From: Minisyncoccota bacterium
GTDB taxonomy: Bacteria > Patescibacteriota > Minisyncoccia > Phycocordibacterales > UBA1006
DNA length: 42,117 nucleotides
Assembly (NCBI GenBank): GCA_022763365.1
Contig: JALEGN010000013.1
Coordinates: 1 to 42,117, forward strand
Reading direction: 5' to 3'
The position numbers and the translations under genes were made by a program. The stretch's first letter is position 1. Each line of letters begins with the position of its first letter. The notes beneath the pieces were generated by a model. It saw only the letters and a program-made list of their open reading frames with translations. It did no database searches and was not told the DNA's origin. Positions 18,575 to 27,808 of the stretch are shown here, piece after piece.

Positions 18575-19573
18575 TTATTTACTCTCTTTTAAGGTTAACT
18601 TAAAGGTAGCAAGTGTCTCAATAACTTCCTCAAGGCTCTTTTGTCCAAATCCATCGAGTGACAATAAGTCATCTTCAGTTTTTTGAACGAGTCCTCCAAG
18701 TGTTCGAATACTTGCATCGTTAAGTGAATTTTCTGTACGAGCAGAGAAATCCAGAGTATCAATACGTGTTTTTAGTAATTCAACACGCTCTTCATCGTTT
18801 AAATCTTCTTCCTCTGTTTTCTCTACACGAATAATTCCTTCATCTTCTACTTCCTCTACTAATTCACGCGTATCTTCAATCATTTTAAGATCAAGAATAC
18901 TTTTGAATTGTTGGATCATAATCATTAGCGCTTGCTCAAGAGCTTCTTTAGCACTGAGACTTCCATCAGTTTCTAGATTAATTCGAAGAAGATTGTAATC
19001 AGTTCGATCACCAACACGCATGTGCTCAACTTCGTAATTTACTTTTCGAATAGGGCTGAAAATTGCATCAACAAGAATACTTCCTACTGCCGGTTTCCCG
19101 TCAGAAAAATCTTCTTTTGAAACAAATCCAATACCTTTTGCAAGGGTAATTTCAAGTTCAAATTCACCAGATTTTGTCGTTGTTTCTGCAATGTACTGAT
19201 CTGGATTCATGACTTCGATACCTCCTGTGGTTTCAAAATCTGCTGCCGTTACTTCTTTTGCTCCTTTAACTGACAATCGCAAGCTTGTTGCTTCGTCAGA
19301 TGCCAGTGCAAATCGTACCTTTTTCAGGTTCAATAAGATAGTAAGAACATCTTCTTTCACACCGTCTAAGGTTGCAAATTCGTGATCTGCACCTTTGATT
19401 TTTACTGAAGTAATTGATACTCCTGGTAGTGATGAAAGGATAATCCGGCGGAGAGAGTTTCCTAGTGTGTGGCCATACCCAGGGTACAGACCTTCGATTT
19501 CGTAAACTCCTTTTGCGCCGTCTTCTGTTACGACATTTAATTTTTTTGGTAACACAATGTTTTGATGGAACAT
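18575..19573 (-). CDS. rpoA: RNA polymerase subunit alpha
   Basis: GYGHTLGNSLRRIILSSLPG, HEF, DAIFSPIRKV, alpha-CTD (FGQKSLEEV). Start at MFHQ (19573). Confidence 0.97.
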   Translation of the reverse strand: MFHQNIVLPKKLNVVTEDGAKGVYEIEGLYPGYGHTLGNSLRRIILSSLPGVSITSVKIKGADHEFATLDGVKEDVLTILLNLKKVRFALASDEATSLRLSVKGAKEVTAADFETTGGIEVMNPDQYIAETTTKSGEFELEITLAKGIGFVSKEDFSDGKPAVGSILVDAIFSPIRKVNYEVEHMRVGDRTDYNLLRINLETDGSLSAKEALEQALMIMIQQFKSILDLKMIEDTRELVEEVEDEGIIRVEKTEEEDLNDEERVELLKTRIDTLDFSARTENSLNDASIRTLGGLVQKTEDDLLSLDGFGQKSLEEVIETLATFKLTLKESK

Positions 19574-19651
19574 AATAAACGCTAATTGATTAGTTGAAGT
19601 GGAATAATGTATATCAATGTACCTCACGGTACATATATCAGATATACGGAA

Positions 19652-20263
19652 TTATCGGCTGTAGAACTCGATAACTGCTTGGAAATTAAAGAATGCTTCT
19701 GGATTCTTTGCTTCTCCTGCGACGGTAACCGTCATTTTTTTAGCATCAACATTTAACCATGCTGGTGCTTTGGCCGAACCAAGTCGTTCTGCCAGGTCAG
19801 CAAATACTGTTTTTGATTTGCTTCCCTCTCGAATAGCAATAACATCGCCTTCTTTTACAAGGTATGATGGAACGTCGAGTTTTTTGCCATTAACGGTAAT
19901 ATGACCGTGAGTTGCTAATTGACGAGCAAAGGCTCGTGTTTTTGCAATACCAGATCGGTACACAACGTTATCTAATCGAGATTCGATTGTTTTAAACAAT
20001 TCATCTGCTGGTGTTTTACCAATTTTTGCAGATGCCATTGCTTTGTTCACGTAGTTGCGGAACTGTTTTTCAGAAACACCATAGGCAAATCGCACTCGTT
20101 GTTTTTGAATCAGTGAAAGACCGTAATCTGTTGGTCGTTTTGGACGACCTGTTCGAGCCTTTGCACGTTTTTGTTCAGACAGCATGAACTTTTGAGATTG
20201 AGTTTTTTCATACACTCCAGCTCCAAGCCGTCGTGCAATTTTATATTTTTTAATCTTTGCCAT
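19652..20263 (-). CDS. rpsD: 30S ribosomal protein S4
   Basis: ESRLDNVVYR...ARQLATHGHITVNG...VIEFYSR. Confidence 0.97.
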   Translation of the reverse strand: MAKIKKYKIARRLGAGVYEKTQSQKFMLSEQKRAKARTGRPKRPTDYGLSLIQKQRVRFAYGVSEKQFRNYVNKAMASAKIGKTPADELFKTIESRLDNVVYRSGIAKTRAFARQLATHGHITVNGKKLDVPSYLVKEGDVIAIREGSKSKTVFADLAERLGSAKAPAWLNVDAKKMTVTVAGEAKNPEAFFNFQAVIEFYSR

Positions 20264-20272
20264 AACTATCTA

Positions 20273-20707
20273 CTACACACGCCGCGCTTTCGGTGGTCGA
20301 GGACCATTGAAAGGTACCGGTGTTTTATCTTGAATTCGAGTAATATCGATTCCGTGTGATACGAAACCACGCACAGCCGATTCACGACCTGAACCAACTC
20401 CCTTAACAACAACATCAACTTCTTTGATTCCGATAAGAGCTGCTTTTTCTCCAAGAACTTCTCCTACTTTTGCAGCTGCAAACGGTGTTCCTTTTTTAGC
20501 TCCTTTGAAACCAAGTGCTCCTGATGATGAGAACATGATTGCATTTCCATCTAAATCAGTAACGGTTGCCTTTGTATTGTTATAGGTTGATTGCACATGC
20601 AAGATTGCTTTTGCAAGTTTCTTTTTAGGGACACGTGACAAAGCTCGAGATTTCAAGTTTTTGTCCATAGTTCGCCCTTTTTGTTTTACAATTCGTTTCT
20701 TTCCCAT
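20273..20707 (-). CDS. rpsK: 30S ribosomal protein S11
   Basis: STYNNT, GFKGAKKGTPFAA, GSGRESA, DKTPVPFNGPRP. Confidence 0.98.
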   Translation of the reverse strand: MGKKRIVKQKGRTMDKNLKSRALSRVPKKKLAKAILHVQSTYNNTKATVTDLDGNAIMFSSSGALGFKGAKKGTPFAAAKVGEVLGEKAALIGIKEVDVVVKGVGSGRESAVRGFVSHGIDITRIQDKTPVPFNGPRPPKARRV

Positions 20708-20715
20708 AGGTCTAA

Positions 20716-21081
20716 TTATTTACGTCCAGATCCCATAGTGGCACGTTTGTTTCCACGACGAGTACGGCTATTTGTTTTAGATCGTTGTCCTCGACTCGGC
20801 AACTTTCGGCTATGACGATTTCCTCGGTATGAATCAATGTCAATTAGCCGTTTAATATTTTGACTTACTTCTCGCTTAAGATCTCCCTCAAGGTTCATTG
20901 ATTCAATGATGTCTCGAAGTTTTTTGTCTTCCGCGTCAGTAATGTCTTTTACTTTTGTTACTGGGTTTACACCAGCTTCTTCACAGATTGATTGGGCTTT
21001 TGAAAGGCCAATCCCATACAATACGGTCATTCCGTATTGAATTTGTTTATTTTCTGGAAGAGAAATACCAAAAATTCGCAT
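20716..21081 (-). CDS. rpsM: 30S ribosomal protein S13
   Basis: YGIG, EGDLKREV, YRGNRH...LPSRGQRSKTNSRTR. Confidence 0.97.
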   Translation of the reverse strand: MRIFGISLPENKQIQYGMTVLYGIGLSKAQSICEEAGVNPVTKVKDITDAEDKKLRDIIESMNLEGDLKREVSQNIKRLIDIDSYRGNRHSRKLPSRGQRSKTNSRTRRGNKRATMGSGRK

Positions 21082-21124
21082 ACTTATTTACTGTATTAAA
21101 CTACTCAAAGAATGGGGCGACAGA

Positions 21125-21238
21125 TTATTGCCGCGCCTTCATTCGAGGGTTCTTTTTATTAATACGAACAAGACGACCTTTTCGACGTACAATAACATCG
21201 TCTTTGCTTCGTTTTTTGATTGATGATTTAACTTTCAT
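21125..21238 (-). CDS. rpmJ: 50S ribosomal protein L36 (cysteine-free; not in ORF track)
   Basis: Manual translation [37 protein letters not shown]; canonical position between infA and rpsM. Confidence 0.95.
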   Translation of the reverse strand: MKVKSSIKKRSKDDVIVRRKGRLVRINKKNPRMKARQ

Positions 21239-21286
21239 AATATCTTTTATTTCGTACGTGTATTAGCAGAAAAAAGAAAAACCGGG

Positions 21287-21502
21287 CTAGAGCCTTTTGA
21301 TAATGCGGCCTTTTCCACCATATGGGTCGAGGAGTACCTCAACTTTGTCGCCTACCAAAATTCTAATCCGATATAATTTCATCTTTCCAGCTAAATATGC
21401 AAGGTGTAGTTCTTCTTCACCTTCAAACTGGACACGGAACATCGTATTTGGAAGATTTTCCACGACTACCCCAATTTTTGTGTCTCCTTTACTATTACTC
21501 AT
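21287..21502 (-). CDS. infA: Translation initiation factor IF-1
   Basis: [14 protein letters not shown]...[18 protein letters not shown]...GRI. Start at MSNS (21502). Confidence 0.96.
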   Translation of the reverse strand: MSNSKGDTKIGVVVENLPNTMFRVQFEGEEELHLAYLAGKMKLYRIRILVGDKVEVLLDPYGGKGRIIKRL

Positions 21503-21580
21503 TACGATAGGGCTTATAGTATCAAAAAGCATATTTAAGTCAACTTTCCTATCATAAAATAATACGCTTGGTCAAGCGTA

Positions 21581-23035
21581 TTATTTATTCAGCAATATCT
21601 TGTCAATATTTTCAGGAAGATGATTCTTCCAAAAGGGACGAATATCAACCTGTACCCTATCAAGACTATTATTCATTTTAAAGTAAGGAATGAGTTCATC
21701 TTCTCTAAGACCACTCAACTCTTGTTTTAATAGTTCATCATTTGGTTCCCAAATTACCAAAGGGTTACCAGAGATTTCTATTTCTATATTTTGAATATTT
21801 TCATAATCTAAAACATCATCACCAATTCGACTGAGTTTAAAATTATAGTTTTCCATAACAGATGCTTGCTCTCCTTCTGGAATATCTAAATAGTTGTTAT
21901 TAACAAATTGCTCAAGTTCCACGCGAGATACTACCAAGGCAATAATCGTCCCACGCTGACTAATGACCCCTGTCTCAGAACTATCGTCAAAAACTGCGGT
22001 AGGTTCATTAACGGTAACGCTCGCGGTATTATCAATCAGAACCACCTGATCAGTTTTTTCTTTCGTCAGTCGTAATTCTAATCGTTCAAAGAGTTTTGAT
22101 TGGAGCAGCTCTTCAGCTTCTTCTTGTTGACCTTGGCTCAGGTATAATTCCGTCCCAATACTTCCACCACTAAATTCAGAGGTGGAAACAGCGTAGATCC
22201 CATCATATTTTGCTGATAATCCAGCTTCCTGAAATCCTGGGATAGTAAAATCAGTGATATCAATATTGTAATCATCACCAGCTTCTTCGGCATAGACTGT
22301 TGCAGAAATTGAACCTGGTTCATCACCGTTTTTTCCTGGAATAATGACTTCGTTTTGATCAAGTTTAAAAATCTTTCCCGAAGCACTCTCAAAACGTGTT
22401 TCAGGTAATAAACGCTGTGGTTCAGAACTAAAATTATTGAAAATAGTAATTTCACCCCGAGCCCTGTTCCGTACTGGCCGAGATTCATTTGCAATAATAG
22501 ATGTTGACTCTTCGTCAGATAAAGCAATAACATCAAAACCTAACTCGTCTTGTTGTGGGTTATTATGGAGCATCAGAGATTCTGCTATTTCTTGGTATTC
22601 AATATGTGCTTCGTAGTTTACATGTGCACTATGTCGAGCATTTAAAATAAGAAATAGAATGAACCACACCGCGGCTAGACGCCCTAATGGGTAGGTAATT
22701 TTTTTATTGCGAACCAACCATTTTCTGATGAGTGCTATATAATTTACTGAATCCTTATAGCGTTTTGGTGGTGTATAAAAACGATTGTTAGTAAATGTTT
22801 GCTCGTTTATTTTTAGTGCTTCTGGTTGAGTCTTAGTTTCTATAGGTTTTGATCGCACTCTTTTCTTTCGCCTAATACCTTTTCCGGCCTGACGTTTTTT
22901 TGATTGTCTCTTGAGAGGTTGTGTTAGAGAAATTGAAGTCTGTTCATCAGGAAAAGAACGAGCTTCCCTTCTCGTTCTTTTTTTTGTGCGTATATTTGAT
23001 ATTCCATCACTTTTTCTCCTAATATCTCCTTTCAT
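21581..23035 (-). CDS. Single-pass membrane protein with baseplate-J-like extracytoplasmic domain
   Basis: Basic N-tail, TM helix, ARGEITIFN...QRLLPETRF...VYAEEAGDDYNI...FTIPGF...FSGG pattern. Confidence 0.65.
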   Translation of the reverse strand: MKGDIRRKSDGISNIRTKKRTRREARSFPDEQTSISLTQPLKRQSKKRQAGKGIRRKKRVRSKPIETKTQPEALKINEQTFTNNRFYTPPKRYKDSVNYIALIRKWLVRNKKITYPLGRLAAVWFILFLILNARHSAHVNYEAHIEYQEIAESLMLHNNPQQDELGFDVIALSDEESTSIIANESRPVRNRARGEITIFNNFSSEPQRLLPETRFESASGKIFKLDQNEVIIPGKNGDEPGSISATVYAEEAGDDYNIDITDFTIPGFQEAGLSAKYDGIYAVSTSEFSGGSIGTELYLSQGQQEEAEELLQSKLFERLELRLTKEKTDQVVLIDNTASVTVNEPTAVFDDSSETGVISQRGTIIALVVSRVELEQFVNNNYLDIPEGEQASVMENYNFKLSRIGDDVLDYENIQNIEIEISGNPLVIWEPNDELLKQELSGLREDELIPYFKMNNSLDRVQVDIRPFWKNHLPENIDKILLNK

Positions 23036-23041
23036 ATTTTT

Positions 23042-24199
23042 CTAGGTATTCAAAGCTATACCGTGGGCAAGAGTTTTCATTTCTGCGTCATTGATTGATA
23101 TATCCATAACTTCTTTATCTGCCCTAGTATGAAGATGAACTATTTCAATCTCAGCACGTGCATGGACATGCTCTTTCAACTCATCTGTTGATAACAACAG
23201 CGTTTCAAACCATGTGATATCTTCACTACTTTTGATGACGATAGTATTTGGCAACAAACCTTGTTTACTGGCTTCATCACAGAAATGGTAAAAACTTTGT
23301 AACCAAATCTTATACCCTTTCTCTAAAGCATCTTTAATTTTTTCATTGAGCTTAGTATCAAAATTACCATTATGATAACCAAGAATATGTTTTTTAGCTT
23401 TGGCAAAAGTTTCATTCAGTTCAACCGCAACATGCCGATATATAGCATTCATTCCAATCGGAACAACACCTAATAATTCTAAATGATCATGTTTAATAAC
23501 CATAATTTCTGACACTTCTCCTGAAATATCAATAATAATAGCGTCATCAGTATTCGGCAGTGACCTCTCTACATCAAAATATGACATAAAGGTATTTGAA
23601 CTAAACACTGGTTTTCTATGAAAAGCTTTTTCAATAATATGTTCAAAAGCATTTTTGGTGTCTTCCGAAAGAACGGTGATAAGTGAATCAATAGCCACAT
23701 CATTCATTGTTTTCCCAAGAGGCTCACGAGCTGGGTAACCATTAGCGCTAACCTTAATCGTTTTTCGATCAATAAGACTTACCTTATGATCCTTGTAATC
23801 AACATTTTTAGAAAGTGATGACGTTAATTCTTTTTCGATCAGTTCATCAGCCAATTCTTTAGTAAAGGTGAAAGGTTTCTTTTTAGAATAAGTCACGTTT
23901 CTCTTTTGGGATGAAGACCATGGTGCAGCAACATTACAATAAATAGTCTCAAGAGGTACTAATGATTGTAGATGGACCTCATTTGCTACATCGGTAAATA
24001 CCTTTTGTGTTCTCCGCCAATATTCATCAAAATGAAGACCAGATGTTTGTACAATATTTTTTCGAATACTGAAGAGCTCACGAATAGCAACACATACACC
24101 AGCTGCAGAATATCCATATTCAAAAATACCTCCAGCAACGCTCGAGCTGTCAATATCAAAAATAACAATATTCTTTTTTGTATCTATGTTGGTACTCAT
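23042..24199 (-). CDS. Divergent FtsA/PilM-like actin-fold protein
   Basis: IVIFDIDSSSVAG (phosphate-1-like), IIIDISGEVSEI (phosphate-2-like), VPIG; 6 nt upstream of the baseplate-J-like gene. Confidence 0.65.
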   Translation of the reverse strand: MSTNIDTKKNIVIFDIDSSSVAGGIFEYGYSAAGVCVAIRELFSIRKNIVQTSGLHFDEYWRRTQKVFTDVANEVHLQSLVPLETIYCNVAAPWSSSQKRNVTYSKKKPFTFTKELADELIEKELTSSLSKNVDYKDHKVSLIDRKTIKVSANGYPAREPLGKTMNDVAIDSLITVLSEDTKNAFEHIIEKAFHRKPVFSSNTFMSYFDVERSLPNTDDAIIIDISGEVSEIMVIKHDHLELLGVVPIGMNAIYRHVAVELNETFAKAKKHILGYHNGNFDTKLNEKIKDALEKGYKIWLQSFYHFCDEASKQGLLPNTIVIKSSEDITWFETLLLSTDELKEHVHARAEIEIVHLHTRADKEVMDISINDAEMKTLAHGIALNT

Positions 24200-24292
24200 A
24201 TAATTTAATAAGTTATCTGTTCCAGGAATTTCGCTTGTGTATCCGGGAAATTCGGAACTAAATTCAGAATAGTCGTTTTACTCTTTTCTTCA

Positions 24293-24640
24293 TTAAACAG
24301 TTTTTTCAGCTTCGTCTTCAACAGCTTTTTTAATTTTAAAAGCATTATCAAGTTCGTTTTTTGTACTTTGAACTTCTGATTCCTTTTCAACCAGATTATG
24401 TTCTAAATCAGACACGGTTTTATTCATTTTTTCTTGCACCTTTTTGGTAGTAGATTGTGACACCATAAATGAATACAAAAGGAGTAGACCTAAAGATACC
24501 ACCAGTCCAATAATCACCACCCAAAATGATTCAATATTTGGAAATAGGTACGGTAGTGCTTCATCAAAAACTGAATAAACTCCATAGAAAATAATTAGAG
24601 TTAAAAAGAGTTCAAAAATTCTTTTAGCATTAATATCCAT
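24293..24640 (-). CDS. Hypothetical protein, two TM helices plus coiled coil
   Basis: Two hydrophobic helices, then a charged heptad tail; -10 box 6 nt before the ATG. Confidence 0.7.
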   Translation of the reverse strand: MDINAKRIFELFLTLIIFYGVYSVFDEALPYLFPNIESFWVVIIGLVVSLGLLLLYSFMVSQSTTKKVQEKMNKTVSDLEHNLVEKESEVQSTKNELDNAFKIKKAVEDEAEKTV

Positions 24641-24673
24641 AACTATATTGTAGCATAATTGCTTTTAGCAAAG

Positions 24674-25006
24674 TTAGTAATCACTTATTTTTTCATTTAA
24701 AATATCTATTTTTCTACTGACTGCTTGAGAAACATCAACATCGAAATGAGCCGCTACAACGAGTGTTTGAATAATAATATCTGCAATTTCAGTTTCTAAA
24801 TTTTCTTTATTATATGAATTTATTTTTGATTGACGTTGATGACCTAACGCAGACAATACTTGTTCTGATAATTCACCAAATTCTTCTCCTAATTTTAATG
24901 TTGAGTACATTGCTTCTGTATTAAAATCATACCCTCGCTCTTTATTCTTTTGAGAAAATTTTACATTAATAGCATTAAATTTTTCCAGAAAATCGTGTGT
25001 AAACAT
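24674..25006 (-). CDS. MazG-like nucleotide pyrophosphohydrolase
   Basis: KLGEEFGEL...LETEIADII motif. Confidence 0.85.
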   Translation of the reverse strand: MFTHDFLEKFNAINVKFSQKNKERGYDFNTEAMYSTLKLGEEFGELSEQVLSALGHQRQSKINSYNKENLETEIADIIIQTLVVAAHFDVDVSQAVSRKIDILNEKISDY

Positions 25007-25020
25007 ATCAAAAGTATAAC

Positions 25021-25046
25021 AAAAATAACCCTCAAGGGTTATTTTT
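25021..25046 (-). terminator. Intrinsic terminator overlapping the alaS stop
   Basis: AAAAATAACCCT-CA-AGGGTTATTTTT. Confidence 0.75.
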
Positions 25047-26850
25047 CTAAAATAGCTTTGATACGGCGGACACCGGCTGATGACGACTCTTCTTTTTTGA
25101 TTTTAAAAGTTCCGAATTCAGCTATTTGTAACAATTCATCAACATGTGGACCTCCACAGAGTTCTCGTGAATAGATGTTCCCTTCACTATCCGAGATAGT
25201 CCAGACCTTAACCGTATCTGGATATTTTTCCCAAAATGATCCAACAACATCAGAATTTTTCGCCTCATTTTTATCCATCAACTGAACACCCATTTTTGCA
25301 TTGGTTGAAATTGCATTATTTACATAGTCTTCTACCTTATCTAAAATATCTCGCGATACTTTTTCATCATATGTAAAATCAAAACGTGTTCGCTCTTCGG
25401 TAATATTTGAACCTTTTTGATGGACATCATCACCAAGCTCTTTTCGTAAGCCTGCAAGCATCAGATGCGTTGCAGTATGGAGGGCTCTAATTTTTGGTGT
25501 GTCTTCGGCAAGACCTCCTTTGAATTTTTTCTCTGCCCCTTTTCGAGAAAGCTCTTGATGTTCCCTGCGGATTTTTTTACAGTCTTCAATAGCTTCATCA
25601 GAAATAATAATACCAAATTTCTTCGCCAATTTTTGGGACATTGATAAGGGTAAACCTTGAGTTTGTTCAAGATCCATAAGGAATTTACCCGTCACTATAG
25701 TGTTAGGATCATCTTTTAGTTTTTTGAAAATCTTTACACCCCGCTGGATAATCTTTACAATTTTATCCATTTCGGTTGCAACAATCTTAATCTTGATGGC
25801 GATTTTTTTCTCATCAACATCTTTAAAATAAAGATCTTTGTACATTAGTACTACCGCATGGATAAGTTCTGGAATAATTTTCTCTGAACATTCAATAGCC
25901 TCAAGTGAATTATAGGCCCGGCGGAGAATCCTTCGAAGAACATAGCCGCGTCCAGTGTTTGAAATCACTACTCCATCATTAATCAGGAAGACGGCTGTTT
26001 TAATATGATCAGCAATAATTCTGGCGTGCCGCTCATTATAGTTTCTTGCATGTTGTTTCAAAATATCTAATAAGGGCACAAATAAATCAGTATCAAAAAT
26101 ATTAGTCGTTCCCTGCATCACCGCAGCCACACGTTCAAGTCCCGCACCAGTATCAACATTTTTTTGAGGTAGTTCACCAACAATTTCGCCACCTTCGAGT
26201 TTGTATGCCATAAATACATCGTTCCAAATTTCAACAAGTTTTTGATCCTCGTCAGCTTGTTCAAACTCTTTGGCTGACAAGTCTCCTAATTCACCAGTAA
26301 GATCATAGAACATTTCAGTTGATGGACCAGCTGGAGAATTAGCTCCGGCTGTCCACCAATTATCTTTGGAATCACGATAGTAGATACGATGCTCTGGGAT
26401 AAACTGTTTCCAAATTTCTACGGCCTCAGTATCTTTGGGTACCATATCGTTTCCTGCAAAGACGGTAACGTATAGTCGGTTTGGGTCTAATCCCAATCCT
26501 TCTTCTTTGTCAGTGAGAAATTGCCATGACCAGGTGATCGCATCTTCTTTGAAATAGTCACCGAGTGACCAGTTTCCCAACATCTCAAAAAAGGTTGCGT
26601 GGGTATTATCACCAACCTCTTCTAAATCACCCGTTCGTACGCATTTTTGTGAACTGGCTAAACGTGAACCTTTCGAATGAGATTCTCCCATAAGAAAAGG
26701 AATCAGTGGTTGCATACCAGCCGTGTTAAATAAGGTTGCGTTTGTTGCCTTTGGATCATCAGCAGTGATCAATGAGGCTGAATCTAAAATAGCGTGATTT
26801 CTTTTTGCAAAAAAATCTAAAAATCGTTTTCGTATTTCCTGTGATGTCAT
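25039..26850 (-). CDS. alaS: Alanine--tRNA ligase, compact form lacking the C-Ala domain
   Basis: LFNTAGMQP, HATFFEMLGNWS, EIWNDVF, VDTGAGLER, IADH, GRGYVLRRILRR; editing HTATHL and ELCGGPHV; ends at GVRRIKA. Confidence 0.96.
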   Translation of the reverse strand: MTSQEIRKRFLDFFAKRNHAILDSASLITADDPKATNATLFNTAGMQPLIPFLMGESHSKGSRLASSQKCVRTGDLEEVGDNTHATFFEMLGNWSLGDYFKEDAITWSWQFLTDKEEGLGLDPNRLYVTVFAGNDMVPKDTEAVEIWKQFIPEHRIYYRDSKDNWWTAGANSPAGPSTEMFYDLTGELGDLSAKEFEQADEDQKLVEIWNDVFMAYKLEGGEIVGELPQKNVDTGAGLERVAAVMQGTTNIFDTDLFVPLLDILKQHARNYNERHARIIADHIKTAVFLINDGVVISNTGRGYVLRRILRRAYNSLEAIECSEKIIPELIHAVVLMYKDLYFKDVDEKKIAIKIKIVATEMDKIVKIIQRGVKIFKKLKDDPNTIVTGKFLMDLEQTQGLPLSMSQKLAKKFGIIISDEAIEDCKKIRREHQELSRKGAEKKFKGGLAEDTPKIRALHTATHLMLAGLRKELGDDVHQKGSNITEERTRFDFTYDEKVSRDILDKVEDYVNNAISTNAKMGVQLMDKNEAKNSDVVGSFWEKYPDTVKVWTISDSEGNIYSRELCGGPHVDELLQIAEFGTFKIKKEESSSAGVRRIKAILEK

Positions 26851-26901
26851 AATCTAAATTATAAGGAAGTTATATGAAAAGAAAAGCATATGAAAAAAGG
26901 C

Positions 26902-27078
26902 TCATATTTGAGCCTTATGTTTTTGCGAGATGTTTTCTCGATGTTGTTTAATTTTTTTCATTCTACACTTTTTTACAATCTTTCTCTCAAGATAGTCATA
27001 GCCATAAATAATGATAACCATGACAATAATTGCTATTACTGCAAGAGCTACTTCTTCAATATGTATTGGTTTATTCAT
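26902..27078 (-). CDS. Small single-TM protein (58 aa; not in ORF track)
   Basis: MNKPIHIEEVALAVIAIIVMVIIIYGYDYLERKIVKK...; ATGA overlap with the upstream small ORF; terminator hairpin (26893-26916) at the stop. Confidence 0.55.
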   Translation of the reverse strand: MNKPIHIEEVALAVIAIIVMVIIIYGYDYLERKIVKKCRMKKIKQHRENISQKHKAQI

Positions 27079-27194
27079 AAATATTTACTTTTAACATATT
27101 CATAAAGCTTTATAGTACCTACCCACATTAGCGATAAACCAATTGAGAGACAAACAGTAAAAATTTGTAATTCTGTTTCAGAAAAATGTTCCAT
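27075..27194 (-). CDS. Small single-TM protein (39 aa; not in ORF track)
   Basis: MEHFSETELQIFTVCLSIGLSLMWVGTIKLYEYVKSKYL; stop overlaps the next start (ATGA). Confidence 0.5.
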   Translation of the reverse strand: MEHFSETELQIFTVCLSIGLSLMWVGTIKLYEYVKSKYL

Positions 27195-27275
27195 ATATAT
27201 GTAATTCTTTTAAAATTCAAAAAGCATTAAAACAAAATGAATATATATTGCAAGAAAAAAATAGTTATTAAATAA

Positions 27276-27722
27276 CTATTTTTTAATCTTTTGCCCCAAT
27301 TTTCTTTTAAACATTTTCTCTGCCTGCCAAACCAAGGTTAAGGTAAGAATAACCAATACAGTTACCGCGATTGCAATGGAATACATTCCGTAACCAACTG
27401 CCATCCCAATTCCTGCTGCCACCCAAACACCAGCTGCAGTGGTTAGATTTGATACATGGTCACGCCTGAAGATAATCATTCCTGCACCCAGGAATCCAAT
27501 ACCGGTTACCACCTGCGCTGCGACACGCATAGGATCGTAATCAAGCCCTTGGAAATTACCAAGAACATATTCTGAAATCACAATAAATAATGCTGAGCCT
27601 AAAGATACTAACCCAAGAGTCCTAATTCCTGCTGCCTTCCCTGCATATACACGTTCTATACCAATAGCTGCTCCAAGGATGAGAGCAACTACCAACCGTA
27701 TGATCATTTCTGTCTCTGTCAT
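27276..27722 (-). CDS. MgtC/SapB family membrane protein
   Basis: GAAIGIER...AGIRT...DPMRVAAQVVTGIGFLGAG...LTTAAGVW. Confidence 0.93.
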   Translation of the reverse strand: MTETEMIIRLVVALILGAAIGIERVYAGKAAGIRTLGLVSLGSALFIVISEYVLGNFQGLDYDPMRVAAQVVTGIGFLGAGMIIFRRDHVSNLTTAAGVWVAAGIGMAVGYGMYSIAIAVTVLVILTLTLVWQAEKMFKRKLGQKIKK

Positions 27723-27755
27723 AGAAAAAGTATATCACGAAGACTCATCAATAAG

Positions 27756-27783
27756 AAAAACCCTCATGTAACCATGAGGGTTT
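27756..27783 (-). terminator. Intrinsic terminator after nhaB
   Basis: AAACCCTCATG-TAAC-CATGAGGGTTT with an A-tract on the left. Confidence 0.75.
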
Positions 27784-27808
27784 GGTACGCTCTACGAACG
27801 TTTAAATT

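Noticed and set aside
19617-19634. ATGTACC-TCAC-GGTACAT hairpin between rpsD and rpoA
   Set aside because: Short stem, no U-tract and a single occurrence, so no function can be supported.
17415-21557. Plus-strand ORFs opposite the ribosomal protein operon
   Set aside because: They overlap highly conserved minus-strand genes and are shadow ORFs.
21581-23035. Prophage or contractile injection system
   Set aside because: Only one baseplate-J-like gene with a TM anchor; no tail, capsid, terminase or sheath genes.
26890-27105. Plus-strand 71-aa ORF from the track
   Set aside because: It is antisense to the better-supported coupled TM microprotein pair and runs through a terminator hairpin.
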